From the IMG/VR virus record IMGVR_UViG_3300023283_000076, positions 32,001 to 96,000 of that record: a stretch of DNA of 64,000 bases; one strand, 5' to 3'. The position numbers and the translations under genes are program-made. This document shows positions 39,695 to 47,943 of this stretch, piece after piece. Below the pieces are notes generated by a model, which saw nothing but the letters and a program-made list of their open reading frames with translations, was not told where the DNA came from and did not search any database. Each line of letters starts with the position of its first letter. Within the stretch, counting starts at the first letter, position 1. This stretch comes from a virus (taxonomy: Duplodnaviria; Caudoviricetes).

Positions 39695-40027
39695 ATGATA
39701 TAAGAAACAGCACTAGATACCGTTTACGTTGTAAGGAAAAATGCGGATATGACCGAAGGCAGAGGCCCTATGGTTATTGTTTGTATATTCTCTGATCGAA
39801 AGGATGCAGAAAACTATATTGATAATAAACTGGGAGTAATGGGACGGAAAGCAGAGTGATCAACGGTGAAATATGGTGATTGGGATGTAAAAGAATATCC
39901 TCTCTATCATAGTTTAGAATTATTGGAAAAAAATGAGAAAGATGAGATGGCAGCAGAAGCTCACACAAGTGCTCTCAAAAAACTCACCGACAGAGAAATT
40001 GAAGCCCTTAAAAAAATAGGAATATAA
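39695..40027 (+). pseudogene. Phage hypothetical protein with in-frame TAA (39701) and TGA (39857)
   Basis: Reads KNADMTEGRGPMV...GVMGRKAE*STVKYGDWDVKE in a single frame. Confidence 0.55.
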
Positions 40028-40030
40028 CCC

Positions 40031-40255
40031 ATGACATGTGAAAATAACACACGTAAAATGCCTAACGGTGAACTAACTGATAATGTATATGAATATCTAG
40101 ATAGTTGGCAAGAAATTTGCTCTGCTGTAGAAAAGAAAGGATTAACCGTAATCGGGTTTGATCCGGGGATAACAGTTCAAGACAAGGATCACCCTCACAT
40201 AACATGTGGTATGCCTCTTACTATTGTGAAAAAATTTCTTGACAATGGACATTAA
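40031..40255 (+). CDS. Hypothetical protein
   Basis: ORF track. Confidence 0.65.
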   Translation: MTCENNTRKMPNGELTDNVYEYLDSWQEICSAVEKKGLTVIGFDPGITVQDKDHPHITCGMPLTIVKKFLDNGH

Positions 40256-40273
40256 AAATGGTATAGTATCAAA

Positions 40274-40486
40274 ATGAAAGTAAAAATTAGACATATAGAT
40301 AAAACGGTTTCAACATTTTTCACTGAATGTAAATTTACAGAATTTTATTTGATGATAAATTTTATCAATGAAGTTGGTGGAATTTATTATACTGAAACTG
40401 CGGAGTATGAACCAATCGTAACATGGTATCTTTGTGTTGATAATAATGAGTGTTATGCTGAAATTATCGTAGGAGAACATGAATGA
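40274..40486 (+). CDS. Hypothetical protein
   Basis: ORF track. Confidence 0.6.
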   Translation: MKVKIRHIDKTVSTFFTECKFTEFYLMINFINEVGGIYYTETAEYEPIVTWYLCVDNNECYAEIIVGEHE

Positions 40487-40803
40487 TTAACAATGAATAC
40501 GAAACAGGACCAGGACCTCTTATGGTGCATATTACCTCAGAATATTATCAAACTCTTCTATGGGCTAGTGAGTCTATTCCAAAGCTGGTGGTAAATCTAG
40601 CAAAACGTGAACTTGAACTAGCTAATAAAAACCGTATTGATGAAAATGAATGGCCAGCGGGTCAAAGTTGGAAAGATTTAGGAAATTCAAGTAAACAAAT
40701 ATTCGTGCGTAGAGCATGTGAATCGGTTGAAATTGATCCAGAAAAATATATTAAGTTGATACGTGATCATACACCAGATCGTATTTTGAAAGAGATTGAT
40801 TGA
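40483..40803 (+). CDS. Hypothetical protein
   Basis: ORF track; coupled start/stop. Confidence 0.65.
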   Translation: MINNEYETGPGPLMVHITSEYYQTLLWASESIPKLVVNLAKRELELANKNRIDENEWPAGQSWKDLGNSSKQIFVRRACESVEIDPEKYIKLIRDHTPDRILKEID

Positions 40804-40864
40804 TGAATCATACATTAGAGTGTTGACACTTTTACTAAATAGTGGTATCATTATTTTATTAACT

Positions 40865-40941
40865 GCCCGAATAGCCCAATTGGCAGAGGCGTTTGACTTA
40901 GAATCAAAATGTTGGGGGTTCGACTCCCTCTTCGGGCACCA
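40865..40941 (+). tRNA. tRNA-Leu(UAG), short variable loop
   Basis: TTTGA-CTTAGAA-TCAAA; variable region ATGTT; CCA. Confidence 0.9.
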
Positions 40942-40948
40942 AATTTTT

Positions 40949-41025
40949 GCGGATGTGACGGAATTGGCATACGTGTCAGATTCAAAATCTGAATTTTGTG
41001 GGTTCGAGTCCCACCTTCCGCACCA
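40949..41025 (+). tRNA. tRNA-Leu(CAA), short variable loop
   Basis: TCAGA-TTCAAAA-TCTGA; variable region ATTTT; CCA. Confidence 0.9.
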
Positions 41026-41033
41026 ACATAAAC

Positions 41034-41111
41034 GGGCAGGTAGAGAATTGGAATATCGGCTGGACTTAAAATCCGGTGTCATTGTGGGTTCGAGTCCCAC
41101 CCTGCCCACCA
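41034..41111 (+). tRNA. tRNA-Leu(UAA), short variable loop
   Basis: CTGGA-CTTAAAA-TCCGG; CCA. Confidence 0.9.
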
Positions 41112-41180
41112 TTTCATAATATATGGAATTTAAATATATTAACTTTAACTCAAAATACTCATAGAAAAATTGAAACGTGC

Positions 41181-41402
41181 ATGGACGAAGCTTATACCAA
41201 GGTTATTGAGCTTCTTGCAGAAGAACTATGTGGAAAGCATGTAAGACTCTCAAATGGTGTTGCTATATTGGATGCGAATGGAGAGTATTACATAGATTCT
41301 ATTTCAGACTACAGCCCAAATGAAGAATCTGTTTATGTGGGTGTCCTTTCCAATGTTGATCCACAATTTTTTGATGAATTTGCATTAGTAGATGAAATAT
41401 AA
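41181..41402 (+). CDS. Acidic hypothetical protein
   Basis: MDEAYTKVIELL; the 5' extension in the ORF track overlaps a tRNA. Confidence 0.6.
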   Translation: MDEAYTKVIELLAEELCGKHVRLSNGVAILDANGEYYIDSISDYSPNEESVYVGVLSNVDPQFFDEFALVDEI

Positions 41403-41703
41403 TTAATATGGATTTAGTTATGTATCGTAATAATATAGATCCTATACCTAAAAGAGAAGAGGAAGAAGACTATGATTAGACGTATTATTTTAACATTTTT
41501 ACCTTGGTGTATACTTGTAACTATTGCATGTGTTATCGCAATCCAGATTAATGCAAGTTTATCTATTGCGATATTATTAGGCGGAATTTCAAGTACAATT
41601 GGCGTAGTTAGTGGAGTTTTAATATATGATAACATTGAGAAATGATTAATATAGAAGAAACTCTTGACAAAACTGCTAAATAGTGTTAATATTAATTGAA
41701 TAT

Positions 41704-41789
41704 GGGTGAGATGGGAGAATCGGTACTCCTGCCGGGCTGTAACCCCGGTGCCTTAGTGCATGTTGGTTCGAATCCAACCTCACCCACCA
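41704..41789 (+). tRNA. tRNA-Tyr(GUA)
   Basis: CCGGG-CTGTAAC-CCCGG, long variable arm, CCA. Confidence 0.93.
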
Positions 41790-41848
41790 GATGAAGAAAT
41801 ACTTGATTAAAGTTTTCAAAAGATGTAATATTAGATAAATAGAAACAT

Positions 41849-41925
<77 letters not shown>

Positions 41926-41931
41926 ATTTAC

Positions 41932-42007
41932 ACCCTTGTAGCTCAACTGGAAGAGCAAGAGATTTCTACTCTCTAGGTTGCGGGTTCGAGTCCTGCCGAG
42001 GGTGCCA
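41932..42007 (+). tRNA. tRNA-Arg(UCU)
   Basis: AGAGA-TTTCTAC-TCTCT; GCCA end. Confidence 0.93.
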
Positions 42008-42019
42008 GAATTTAAAAAT

Positions 42020-42103
42020 GGGTAAGTCTGGTACGGGTGAACCAAGCTGACTGTACATCAGTGTCCTCTGGACTTGGACGTTCGAGTCTCTCCCTACCCA
42101 CCA
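42020..42103 (+). tRNA. Atypical second tRNA-Tyr(GUA), possibly degenerate
   Basis: GCTGA-CTGTACA-TCAGT; C37, acceptor mismatch, poorly paired T-stem. Confidence 0.6.
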
Positions 42104-42280
42104 ATTGTTTTTATAAATAATGTTGCTTATATATTGAATATATGTTATCATAAATATAATAATGAATAATAGGTATCAATATAAAGCTAACTATTCTAAT
42201 AGAGTTTTACGATGGTTAAGAAATACTCCACGTAAAGAAATCTATGAATGGATTGAAGAGCAGAAGCGTAAGAAATATAA

Positions 42281-42406
42281 GGGTGTGTAGCTCAGCGGTT
42301 TAGAGCGTCCGACTGTGGAAGTTGTGGGATACGTAGATCAGGTTCAACTCCTGAAACTTCAAAGGTAATCGGATGGTCGTAGGTTCAAATCCTACCACGC
42401 CCTCCA
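42281..42406 (+). tRNA. tRNA with ~49-nt insertion in the anticodon loop (possibly Asn GUU after removal)
   Basis: Perfect acceptor, D, T arms and TCCGA/TCGGA anticodon stem enclosing 56 nt instead of 7. Confidence 0.85.
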
Positions 42407-42410
42407 ATTT

Positions 42411-42701
42411 TTGACCCCCCTTCATGTTTTAGTTTGCCATACCTATAAAATCGAGAATAGTAATGTTAGTAAACAAACCTTAAAATCTAGATATTTGAAA
42501 CACAGGGAAACTCTTGACATTACTTTCGAATGTGATATAATAGACTGTAAAATATCAAAATGGTATGGTAAAAAATTGAATCTTCAATTAGATCATATCA
42601 ATGGTATAAATAATGATAACAGGTTGAAAAATTTAAGATTACTTTGTCCTAATTGCCATAGTCTAACGGAGACATTTGCAGGGCGAAAGAAATTACAATA
42701 G
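42411..42701 (+). CDS. HNH endonuclease (probably N-terminally truncated)
   Basis: LQLDHINGINNDNRLKNLRLLCPNCHS. Confidence 0.8.
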   Translation: MTPLHVLVCHTYKIENSNVSKQTLKSRYLKHRETLDITFECDIIDCKISKWYGKKLNLQLDHINGINNDNRLKNLRLLCPNCHSLTETFAGRKKLQ

Positions 42702-42768
42702 GTACGAGCATAGATTGCCGACCAGATTTGGAATCTGGGAGAGAGATTTCGATTATCTTCGCACCCGC
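42700..42768 (+). tRNA. Degenerate short tRNA-like gene, UGG anticodon
   Basis: CCAGA-TTTGGAA-TCTGG, GAGAT-TTCGATT-ATCTT, reduced D-arm, mismatched acceptor, GCCA. Confidence 0.5.
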
Positions 42769-42786
42769 CAAATTAAAAATGTAATA

Positions 42787-42860
42787 GACAGGATGCCAGA
42801 GTGGTAATGGGCGTGGTTGCAACCCACGAGTCGAGGGTTCGATTCCCTCTCTTGTCTCCA
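42787..42860 (+). tRNA. tRNA-Cys(GCA)
   Basis: CGTGG-TTGCAAC-CCACG; U73; CCA. Confidence 0.92.
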
Positions 42861-42870
42861 AAGTTTCAAT

Positions 42871-42948
42871 GGTGAGTGTGGCGGAACTGGTAGACGCACC
42901 TGACTGTGAATCAGGCACTTGTGGGTTCGAGTCCCATCATTCACCCCA
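42871..42948 (+). tRNA. tRNA-His(GUG) with encoded G-1
   Basis: CCTGA-CTGTGAA-TCAGG; G-1:C73. Confidence 0.93.
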
Positions 42949-42954
42949 ATTTAA

Positions 42955-43027
42955 ACAAGACTGGTCCTCGCATGACTGTCCCGATAGTAAGAGCAAAGGT
43001 CGTTAATTGATTTGCCACCAGTCTTGT
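42955..43027 (+). repeat. 73-bp stem-closed element, copy 1 (copy 2 at 49582-49653)
   Basis: ACAAGACTGGT...ACCAGTCTTGT; two near-identical dispersed copies. Confidence 0.9.
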
Positions 43028-43043
43028 ATTTTCTTTAAACATA

Positions 43044-43118
43044 AAAATCATCCCGTTCGGGATGATTTTCTATTATTATCTGTTATTTTAATTGAATCAT
43101 CCCGAACGGGTTGATTTC
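43044..43118. terminator. Two related hairpins at the convergence of the + tRNA cluster and - genes
   Basis: AAAATCATCCCG-TT-CGGGATGATTTT and GAATCATCCCGAACGGGTTGATTTC. Confidence 0.65.
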
Positions 43119-43396
43119 ATGTTTATAATTTAATTACGCATTTCCTAGATAGTACTCTACTGGCGGCGCTTCTACACTAAAATCTGGTTCTTGCATTTTT
43201 TGCTGATTTTCTGCGCACTCATTAAACATTTTAATATGTTTTAATGCGCTGTCTAACGCATCTTTAGTTTTTTTCTTCATCAGTTAAAGGTTCACCATTA
43301 GAAGTACCTTTTCTAATATCAAGACTTTTGGACGCACCAGTAGTAGCCATAGCCATCCAATAATGTGCATAGAGTTCATGCATTTTCTTTTGATCT

Positions 43397-43687
43397 TCAA
43401 TTTTCATTAGTGTATCCTCTCATCCATTCTACGATACCTATAGCCCATTTCTTACCATAATCAATATGGCCATATGCATTACTTTCATATCGTTCAATTA
43501 TATTTAGGGTAGGTTCTTTTAGATTGTCTCTTTTAGCTATTTCACAAGCTTTTCTATAAACAGCAATCCGTTCACGTTTAATCCACTCATTAGAATGATA
43601 TTCTCTATGTTTTGCTACATCTTGAAAAGTATCATACAGTTCTGTAGTAATAGAATCATGTGTCGGTCTGAAAAAATCGTGTTTCAT
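43397..43687 (-). CDS. Hypothetical phage protein
   Basis: ORF track; A.GHIDY..KWA motif. Confidence 0.75.
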   Translation of the reverse strand: MKHDFFRPTHDSITTELYDTFQDVAKHREYHSNEWIKRERIAVYRKACEIAKRDNLKEPTLNIIERYESNAYGHIDYGKKWAIGIVEWMRGYTNEN

Positions 43688-43902
43688 TATTTATCTCGCT
43701 GTTGAGCTGGCATAATTGCATCACATACTGCATGAGATGCCCCATTTTCGCATGTGGAAATTGTGACTAAAACAATAATAACCATGATAGGAACTATAAT
43801 TATGAATATCATTGGAAGATATCCAAGACCAGTCATAATATTTCCTACAGTATTGTCCAGAAAACTTCCTAACTGCTTGATATTTTTAAAATTATCACCC
43901 AT
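43687..43902 (-). CDS. Small membrane protein
   Basis: One TM segment; RBS AGGA. Confidence 0.65.
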   Translation of the reverse strand: MGDNFKNIKQLGSFLDNTVGNIMTGLGYLPMIFIIIVPIMVIIVLVTISTCENGASHAVCDAIMPAQQRDK

Positions 43903-43973
43903 TTCATTTGTTTCCTGTATTTAATGATTAATTATAATAACATATATATTTGTGGATGTCAATTGGAGGAAGG

Positions 43974-44064
43974 TGGAGGAAGGTGGAGGAATCGAACCCC
44001 TATCGGCTCTTCACCGATACCCCGGATTTCAAGTCCGGTTGCCAGCCACTTAGCGGCACCTTCC
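43974..44064 (-). tRNA. tRNA-Ser(UGA) with 8/4 acceptor/T-stem fold
   Basis: GGAAGGTG/CACCTTCC 8 bp, GGGG/CCTC 4 bp, long variable arm; last 10 nt tandemly duplicated at 43964-43973. Confidence 0.88.
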
Positions 44065-44088
44065 AGTATATTGCGTTATTTATAATGA

Positions 44089-44165
44089 TGGTACGGGTGG
44101 TGGGATTCGAACCCACACTGTGCGGATTTTAAGTCCGATCTCTCTGCCAATTGGAGTACACCCGC
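44089..44165 (-). tRNA. tRNA-Leu(UAA), short variable loop
   Basis: TCGGA-CTTAAAA-TCCGC; variable region ACAGT; CCA. Confidence 0.9.
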
Positions 44166-44173
44166 TTAAAAAA

Positions 44174-44740
44174 TCAATTCGTATCGTCTTTTTTACCTTT
44201 TAATTCTGGATATTTCTTATACATTTTAGAAACAAAATCATTTATTTCTCTATCTTCCTCTTCATTATAAAGCGGGGCTATTTTATCATTAGTTTTTTGT
44301 TGAAATTCTGTAATAGTATCAATGATATTTAATGCATTAACATGAATATGTTTTTCGACCAGTATTCTATCATATAATTGATTAATTGTGGTATCTAAAT
44401 ATTTACTTTTGTTAAACATGGATATAAGTTTAATAAGCCCATATGCAGACACTAAAACTAATACCAATTGCAATAATGTATTATCGCTACCATTGGTAAA
44501 CATAAGAAATATAAAACTAGAAACAATAATATAAAATATTTCTTTTGTATGATAAAGAATTTTATGTTTGAAAATAAAATCAAATTGATTTTTATGTAAC
44601 ATTGTTTGAGAATGAACCTGAGACCATAAATTATTTTTAATTAACGTGAGTTCTCTATCATTCTTGAGTGCTTCGGAGTTTTCGTTATTCTTTAAATTAT
44701 TTTCAATTGTATTAATTAGTTTCTTAACTCTTTTATTCAT
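44174..44740 (-). CDS. Two-TM coiled-coil protein
   Basis: ORF track. Confidence 0.75.
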   Translation of the reverse strand: MNKRVKKLINTIENNLKNNENSEALKNDRELTLIKNNLWSQVHSQTMLHKNQFDFIFKHKILYHTKEIFYIIVSSFIFLMFTNGSDNTLLQLVLVLVSAYGLIKLISMFNKSKYLDTTINQLYDRILVEKHIHVNALNIIDTITEFQQKTNDKIAPLYNEEEDREINDFVSKMYKKYPELKGKKDDTN

Positions 44741-44920
44741 TTCAAAACTCTTGTTAAAATAGTGTGTATAAATTGTACCATAAAAATACGAAAAAGCTAA
44801 TAGTGCATAACACTAAACAGCATTCTGGTAAATATTTTTTCATATTAATCCTATTATAAACATTCTAATTATAATTTATAAATTACAATTAGAGCATCCA
44901 ACCTAATCAGTTATTTATTT

Positions 44921-45154
44921 CTACGGCGAAATTTTGTTTCCCATATTATCTAAGATATAAACATGAGGAACATTTGCCATTCTAACTTCATGTTTATAAA
45001 AATCCAACATTTGTATAGATTCAAACATATTTGCCTCATTAACAATTCGATCATCTGAAATAATACGTGATGGATCAAACGAAACATGTGTGCCATATGA
45101 ATGAAATGTATAAGTAGAACGATTTTGTGATCTCTTACGTACAACTCTTTTCAT
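44921..45154 (-). CDS. Hypothetical protein
   Basis: ORF track; RBS AAGGGA. Confidence 0.6.
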   Translation of the reverse strand: MKRVVRKRSQNRSTYTFHSYGTHVSFDPSRIISDDRIVNEANMFESIQMLDFYKHEVRMANVPHVYILDNMGNKISP

Positions 45155-45287
45155 GTGTATAGTTCCCTTCTTTTTATAATTTAAGTTAATAATTAAAGTA
45201 CGTAGTTAAGTATGTAATTAACTACTCGTTAAGTATATATGAATACGGGCATGTATGTCAAACCATTAACGTATGCGTTAGCAGTTT

Positions 45288-45701
45288 TTAGTGTTTGATC
45301 CATGCAAAGCCATTATGTGTAATACATATTACGATATGCTTGAACAACCGTAAAATTAAAACTCCTTCATCACAATCTTCAACAATAATTTCACTACTTG
45401 GTATTATAAGGAATTTTTCTTTGATTGTTTTCAATTGTACATTTTCCATAAAATCTGGTGTAAGAATCTTGATCATTTTCTTCAACGCTTTATCAGCATC
45501 TGGTCTTGGAAGAATTGTATCATATCCTGTTCCTACACATTCAGGACATTCCCATTCATCATAAGAGATATCTCCTATATCAGCATTGTCTATATATCCT
45601 AGACCCATACATTCAAGACACTTTTTAGAGTTCAATTTATTTTTTTCTTTATTGTATAGACTAGTGTCTTTTTTCATAAAACACTCCATTTGTAAATCCA
45701 T
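45288..45701 (-). CDS. Protein with DnaJ-type CxxCxGxG zinc finger
   Basis: CLECMGLG...CPECVGTG. Confidence 0.65.
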   Translation of the reverse strand: MDLQMECFMKKDTSLYNKEKNKLNSKKCLECMGLGYIDNADIGDISYDEWECPECVGTGYDTILPRPDADKALKKMIKILTPDFMENVQLKTIKEKFLIIPSSEIIVEDCDEGVLILRLFKHIVICITHNGFAWIKH

Positions 45702-45707
45702 TGCAAA

Positions 45708-45848
45708 TGATTATCATTCTCTAAAAATTAATATTTAATTTACGAATACGAATCATTCGCATTAACTTGATTTCATATTTCACCCTTTAGTATAACAGAA
45801 AAAAAAATTAAATCAAGGGTTGACATTGTATGTATTATATGGTAAAGG
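45708..45848 (+). promoter_or_regulatory. Two Fur-box-like sites plus a TAAAGG promoter, homologous to 20460-20590
   Basis: TGATTATcATTCTCT (45708), TACGAATcATTCGCA (45747), TTGACA-N17-TAAAGG (45820). Confidence 0.6.
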
Positions 45849-46073
45849 TATTAAAATAGGAATTAAAAAAAGACTTGCATTCTTTTGGTGGATATGATAT
45901 ATTACACATTCGCATTCAAAATATTGGAGTTTAATACATGGAACATCGTTAATGGAGAAATATTCTGAAATGGTGTTTACCGAACCCAAGTAAAATAATT
46001 GTATATTGGTATTGACAACCGTATAATGCTGGTGTATACTGAGCACTCTCAACAATTAAACAGGAGTTAACAC

Positions 46074-46820
46074 ATGAAATTTGTCGTATATGAATCGGAG
46101 TCTGGTTGCAAGTTTCGTTGTACTGAGGCACAGCAAGAGACTCTGAGAAAGCTGGAAACAATCGTTAAAGGCGGTATTGGTACCGTTCATGGTTATACGA
46201 TGAAATCTGGCCGTGTGAAACCCGAAAAGGCCGATATCCAGTTTCTTACTGCATTCTCTACTGAGCGTCTTTATAAGCGTCGAATTGCAGCACTCGAATC
46301 TATCAGTTATGATGACATTGCTGATAATCTTCCAGACAATCCGAAGTTGACGAAACTGACAGAAGATGAGCGCAGAGAAGTGTTCAATACTCGCCGCCAA
46401 AAGGAAATCGAGAGTTATCAGAAGTCTCTTGATGGTGACCGTAGTGATTCGCATCGTCAAGCGCATGATCGGTGTTATTGTAAGATTGGACAAGGTGTTA
46501 AGGTTCACTATCGTACCGAAAAAGATGCTGATGGTATTCGCCAGCCGATTATGGTTAACGGTTTGCCTGTTGTAGAATCTATCATGCTGACGATTCTTGA
46601 AATCAAGCGTAAGGTAATCGAACCGGGCGAGTATAAGAAGGTCAATTCTGGCGCTCCGGTGCTTATCTCTAATACGATTAAGTCTACCATGAATCTTCGA
46701 TCAGTCGGTCTTAAGACTCTTTCACTGAAAGAAGATAACTTCGACAGGCTTGTACTGGACAAGACGGAGTTTTTGCCTGAACAGGTTGAAACCATTCCGG
46801 CTGACTTGTTTATCCGATAA
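46074..46820 (+). CDS. Conserved phage hypothetical protein
   Basis: 248 aa; RBS AGGAG; own promoter. Confidence 0.85.
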   Translation: MKFVVYESESGCKFRCTEAQQETLRKLETIVKGGIGTVHGYTMKSGRVKPEKADIQFLTAFSTERLYKRRIAALESISYDDIADNLPDNPKLTKLTEDERREVFNTRRQKEIESYQKSLDGDRSDSHRQAHDRCYCKIGQGVKVHYRTEKDADGIRQPIMVNGLPVVESIMLTILEIKRKVIEPGEYKKVNSGAPVLISNTIKSTMNLRSVGLKTLSLKEDNFDRLVLDKTEFLPEQVETIPADLFIR

Positions 46821-46887
46821 AAGTTTGATATACTCCAAGGGTCAGTCGTTAATCGGCTGACCCATTTCTCAACACTTAGGAGAGCAA

Positions 46888-47193
46888 ATGAATAAACTTC
46901 AATTTAATACTGGTGGTGATGCATATGGTACGAGTTTGAGAGGATACGTCACGACTGTATTTGATCAACTCGTGGAAATTTTCGGGGAGCCTGAGCTTGG
47001 ACCCAATGCCGGTGATGATGACGACAAGGTTACGTGTGAATGGGTAATTACATTTGCCGATGGGGCAGTAGCTACTGTTTATGACTGGAAAACTGACGGC
47101 ACTCCAAAAACCTTGTATAATTGGCATATTGGTGGGATGAAAAACACTGACGTTGTAAATCGTATCAATGCATTGGTAAATAATTGTCTTTAA
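46888..47193 (+). CDS. Conserved phage hypothetical protein
   Basis: TSL.GY......LVE.FGEP...DKV..EW...ATVYDWK...WHIGG. Confidence 0.85.
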   Translation: MNKLQFNTGGDAYGTSLRGYVTTVFDQLVEIFGEPELGPNAGDDDDKVTCEWVITFADGAVATVYDWKTDGTPKTLYNWHIGGMKNTDVVNRINALVNNCL

Positions 47194-47216
47194 TTATAGA
47201 ACATGAGAATTGACAA

Positions 47217-47405
47217 ATGACAGAACGAAAAACATACATTTGTAATCATTGTGGTAGTGATGAAATACTCTTTGATGCATGGGTTGCATGGGATGTTGAA
47301 AATCAATGTATGAGCATCACTACAACAATGGATAAAGGGCATGTATGCGAGAATTGCAATGGTATATCTACTGATCCTATTGAAGTAAATTTAAAGGAAC
47401 TATGA
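47217..47405 (+). CDS. Small zinc-ribbon protein
   Basis: CNHCGS...DAW..WD...CENC. Confidence 0.75.
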   Translation: MTERKTYICNHCGSDEILFDAWVAWDVENQCMSITTTMDKGHVCENCNGISTDPIEVNLKEL

Positions 47406-47503
47406 TACTGGAACTCTTAAATGTACTCTCGGCAATTGCAGTAATCTTTGTTACAGGGATGATTGCAGGTGCTAAACTCATACTCAAATTGATGAAGAAA
47501 TAA

Positions 47504-47701
47504 ATGGAATTGAATCAATGTCAATATGGTGTTTTGGTTGAAAGCGAACATGGTGAAATTGGTATGATTGTTGGGATCACGAATAATGCAAAAAGCGCAG
47601 AGCTTTCTGTACGCAAGAAAAAAATTCATGCAATTCCAATAGTTCAATGGTCTTATGGAGAAACCAGCAGTATTCATTACGAAAACATCAAGAAACTCTA
47701 A
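47504..47701 (+). CDS. Small hypothetical protein
   Basis: ORF track. Confidence 0.55.
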   Translation: MELNQCQYGVLVESEHGEIGMIVGITNNAKSAELSVRKKKIHAIPIVQWSYGETSSIHYENIKKL

Positions 47702-47943
47702 TATTCTATTGAAAGGGGATAAGATAATTTTTATTCCTAACATAGAGCCTTTATCATATATTTTAAATAATGTCAAGAGTTTTTTTAGTTGACTTTTTGA
47801 GTATTCTATGATAATATTTTAAGAGTTTAAATAATGGAAACAATGAGGCAAAGTCATGTGTGTACATAAAGTCACGGTAAATTTAAATGTATTGAACCGT
47901 AAAAAAAGTTGACAATTGTTTCCCCATATGCGATACTACAGTT

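Noticed and set aside
42955-43027. HDV-like (theta), pistol or twister ribozyme assignment
   Set aside because: Partial motif resemblance only; the required helices could not be built by eye
43974-44064. tRNA-Sec
   Set aside because: Anticodon is UGA (Ser), not UCA, and the fold is 8/4 rather than 8/5
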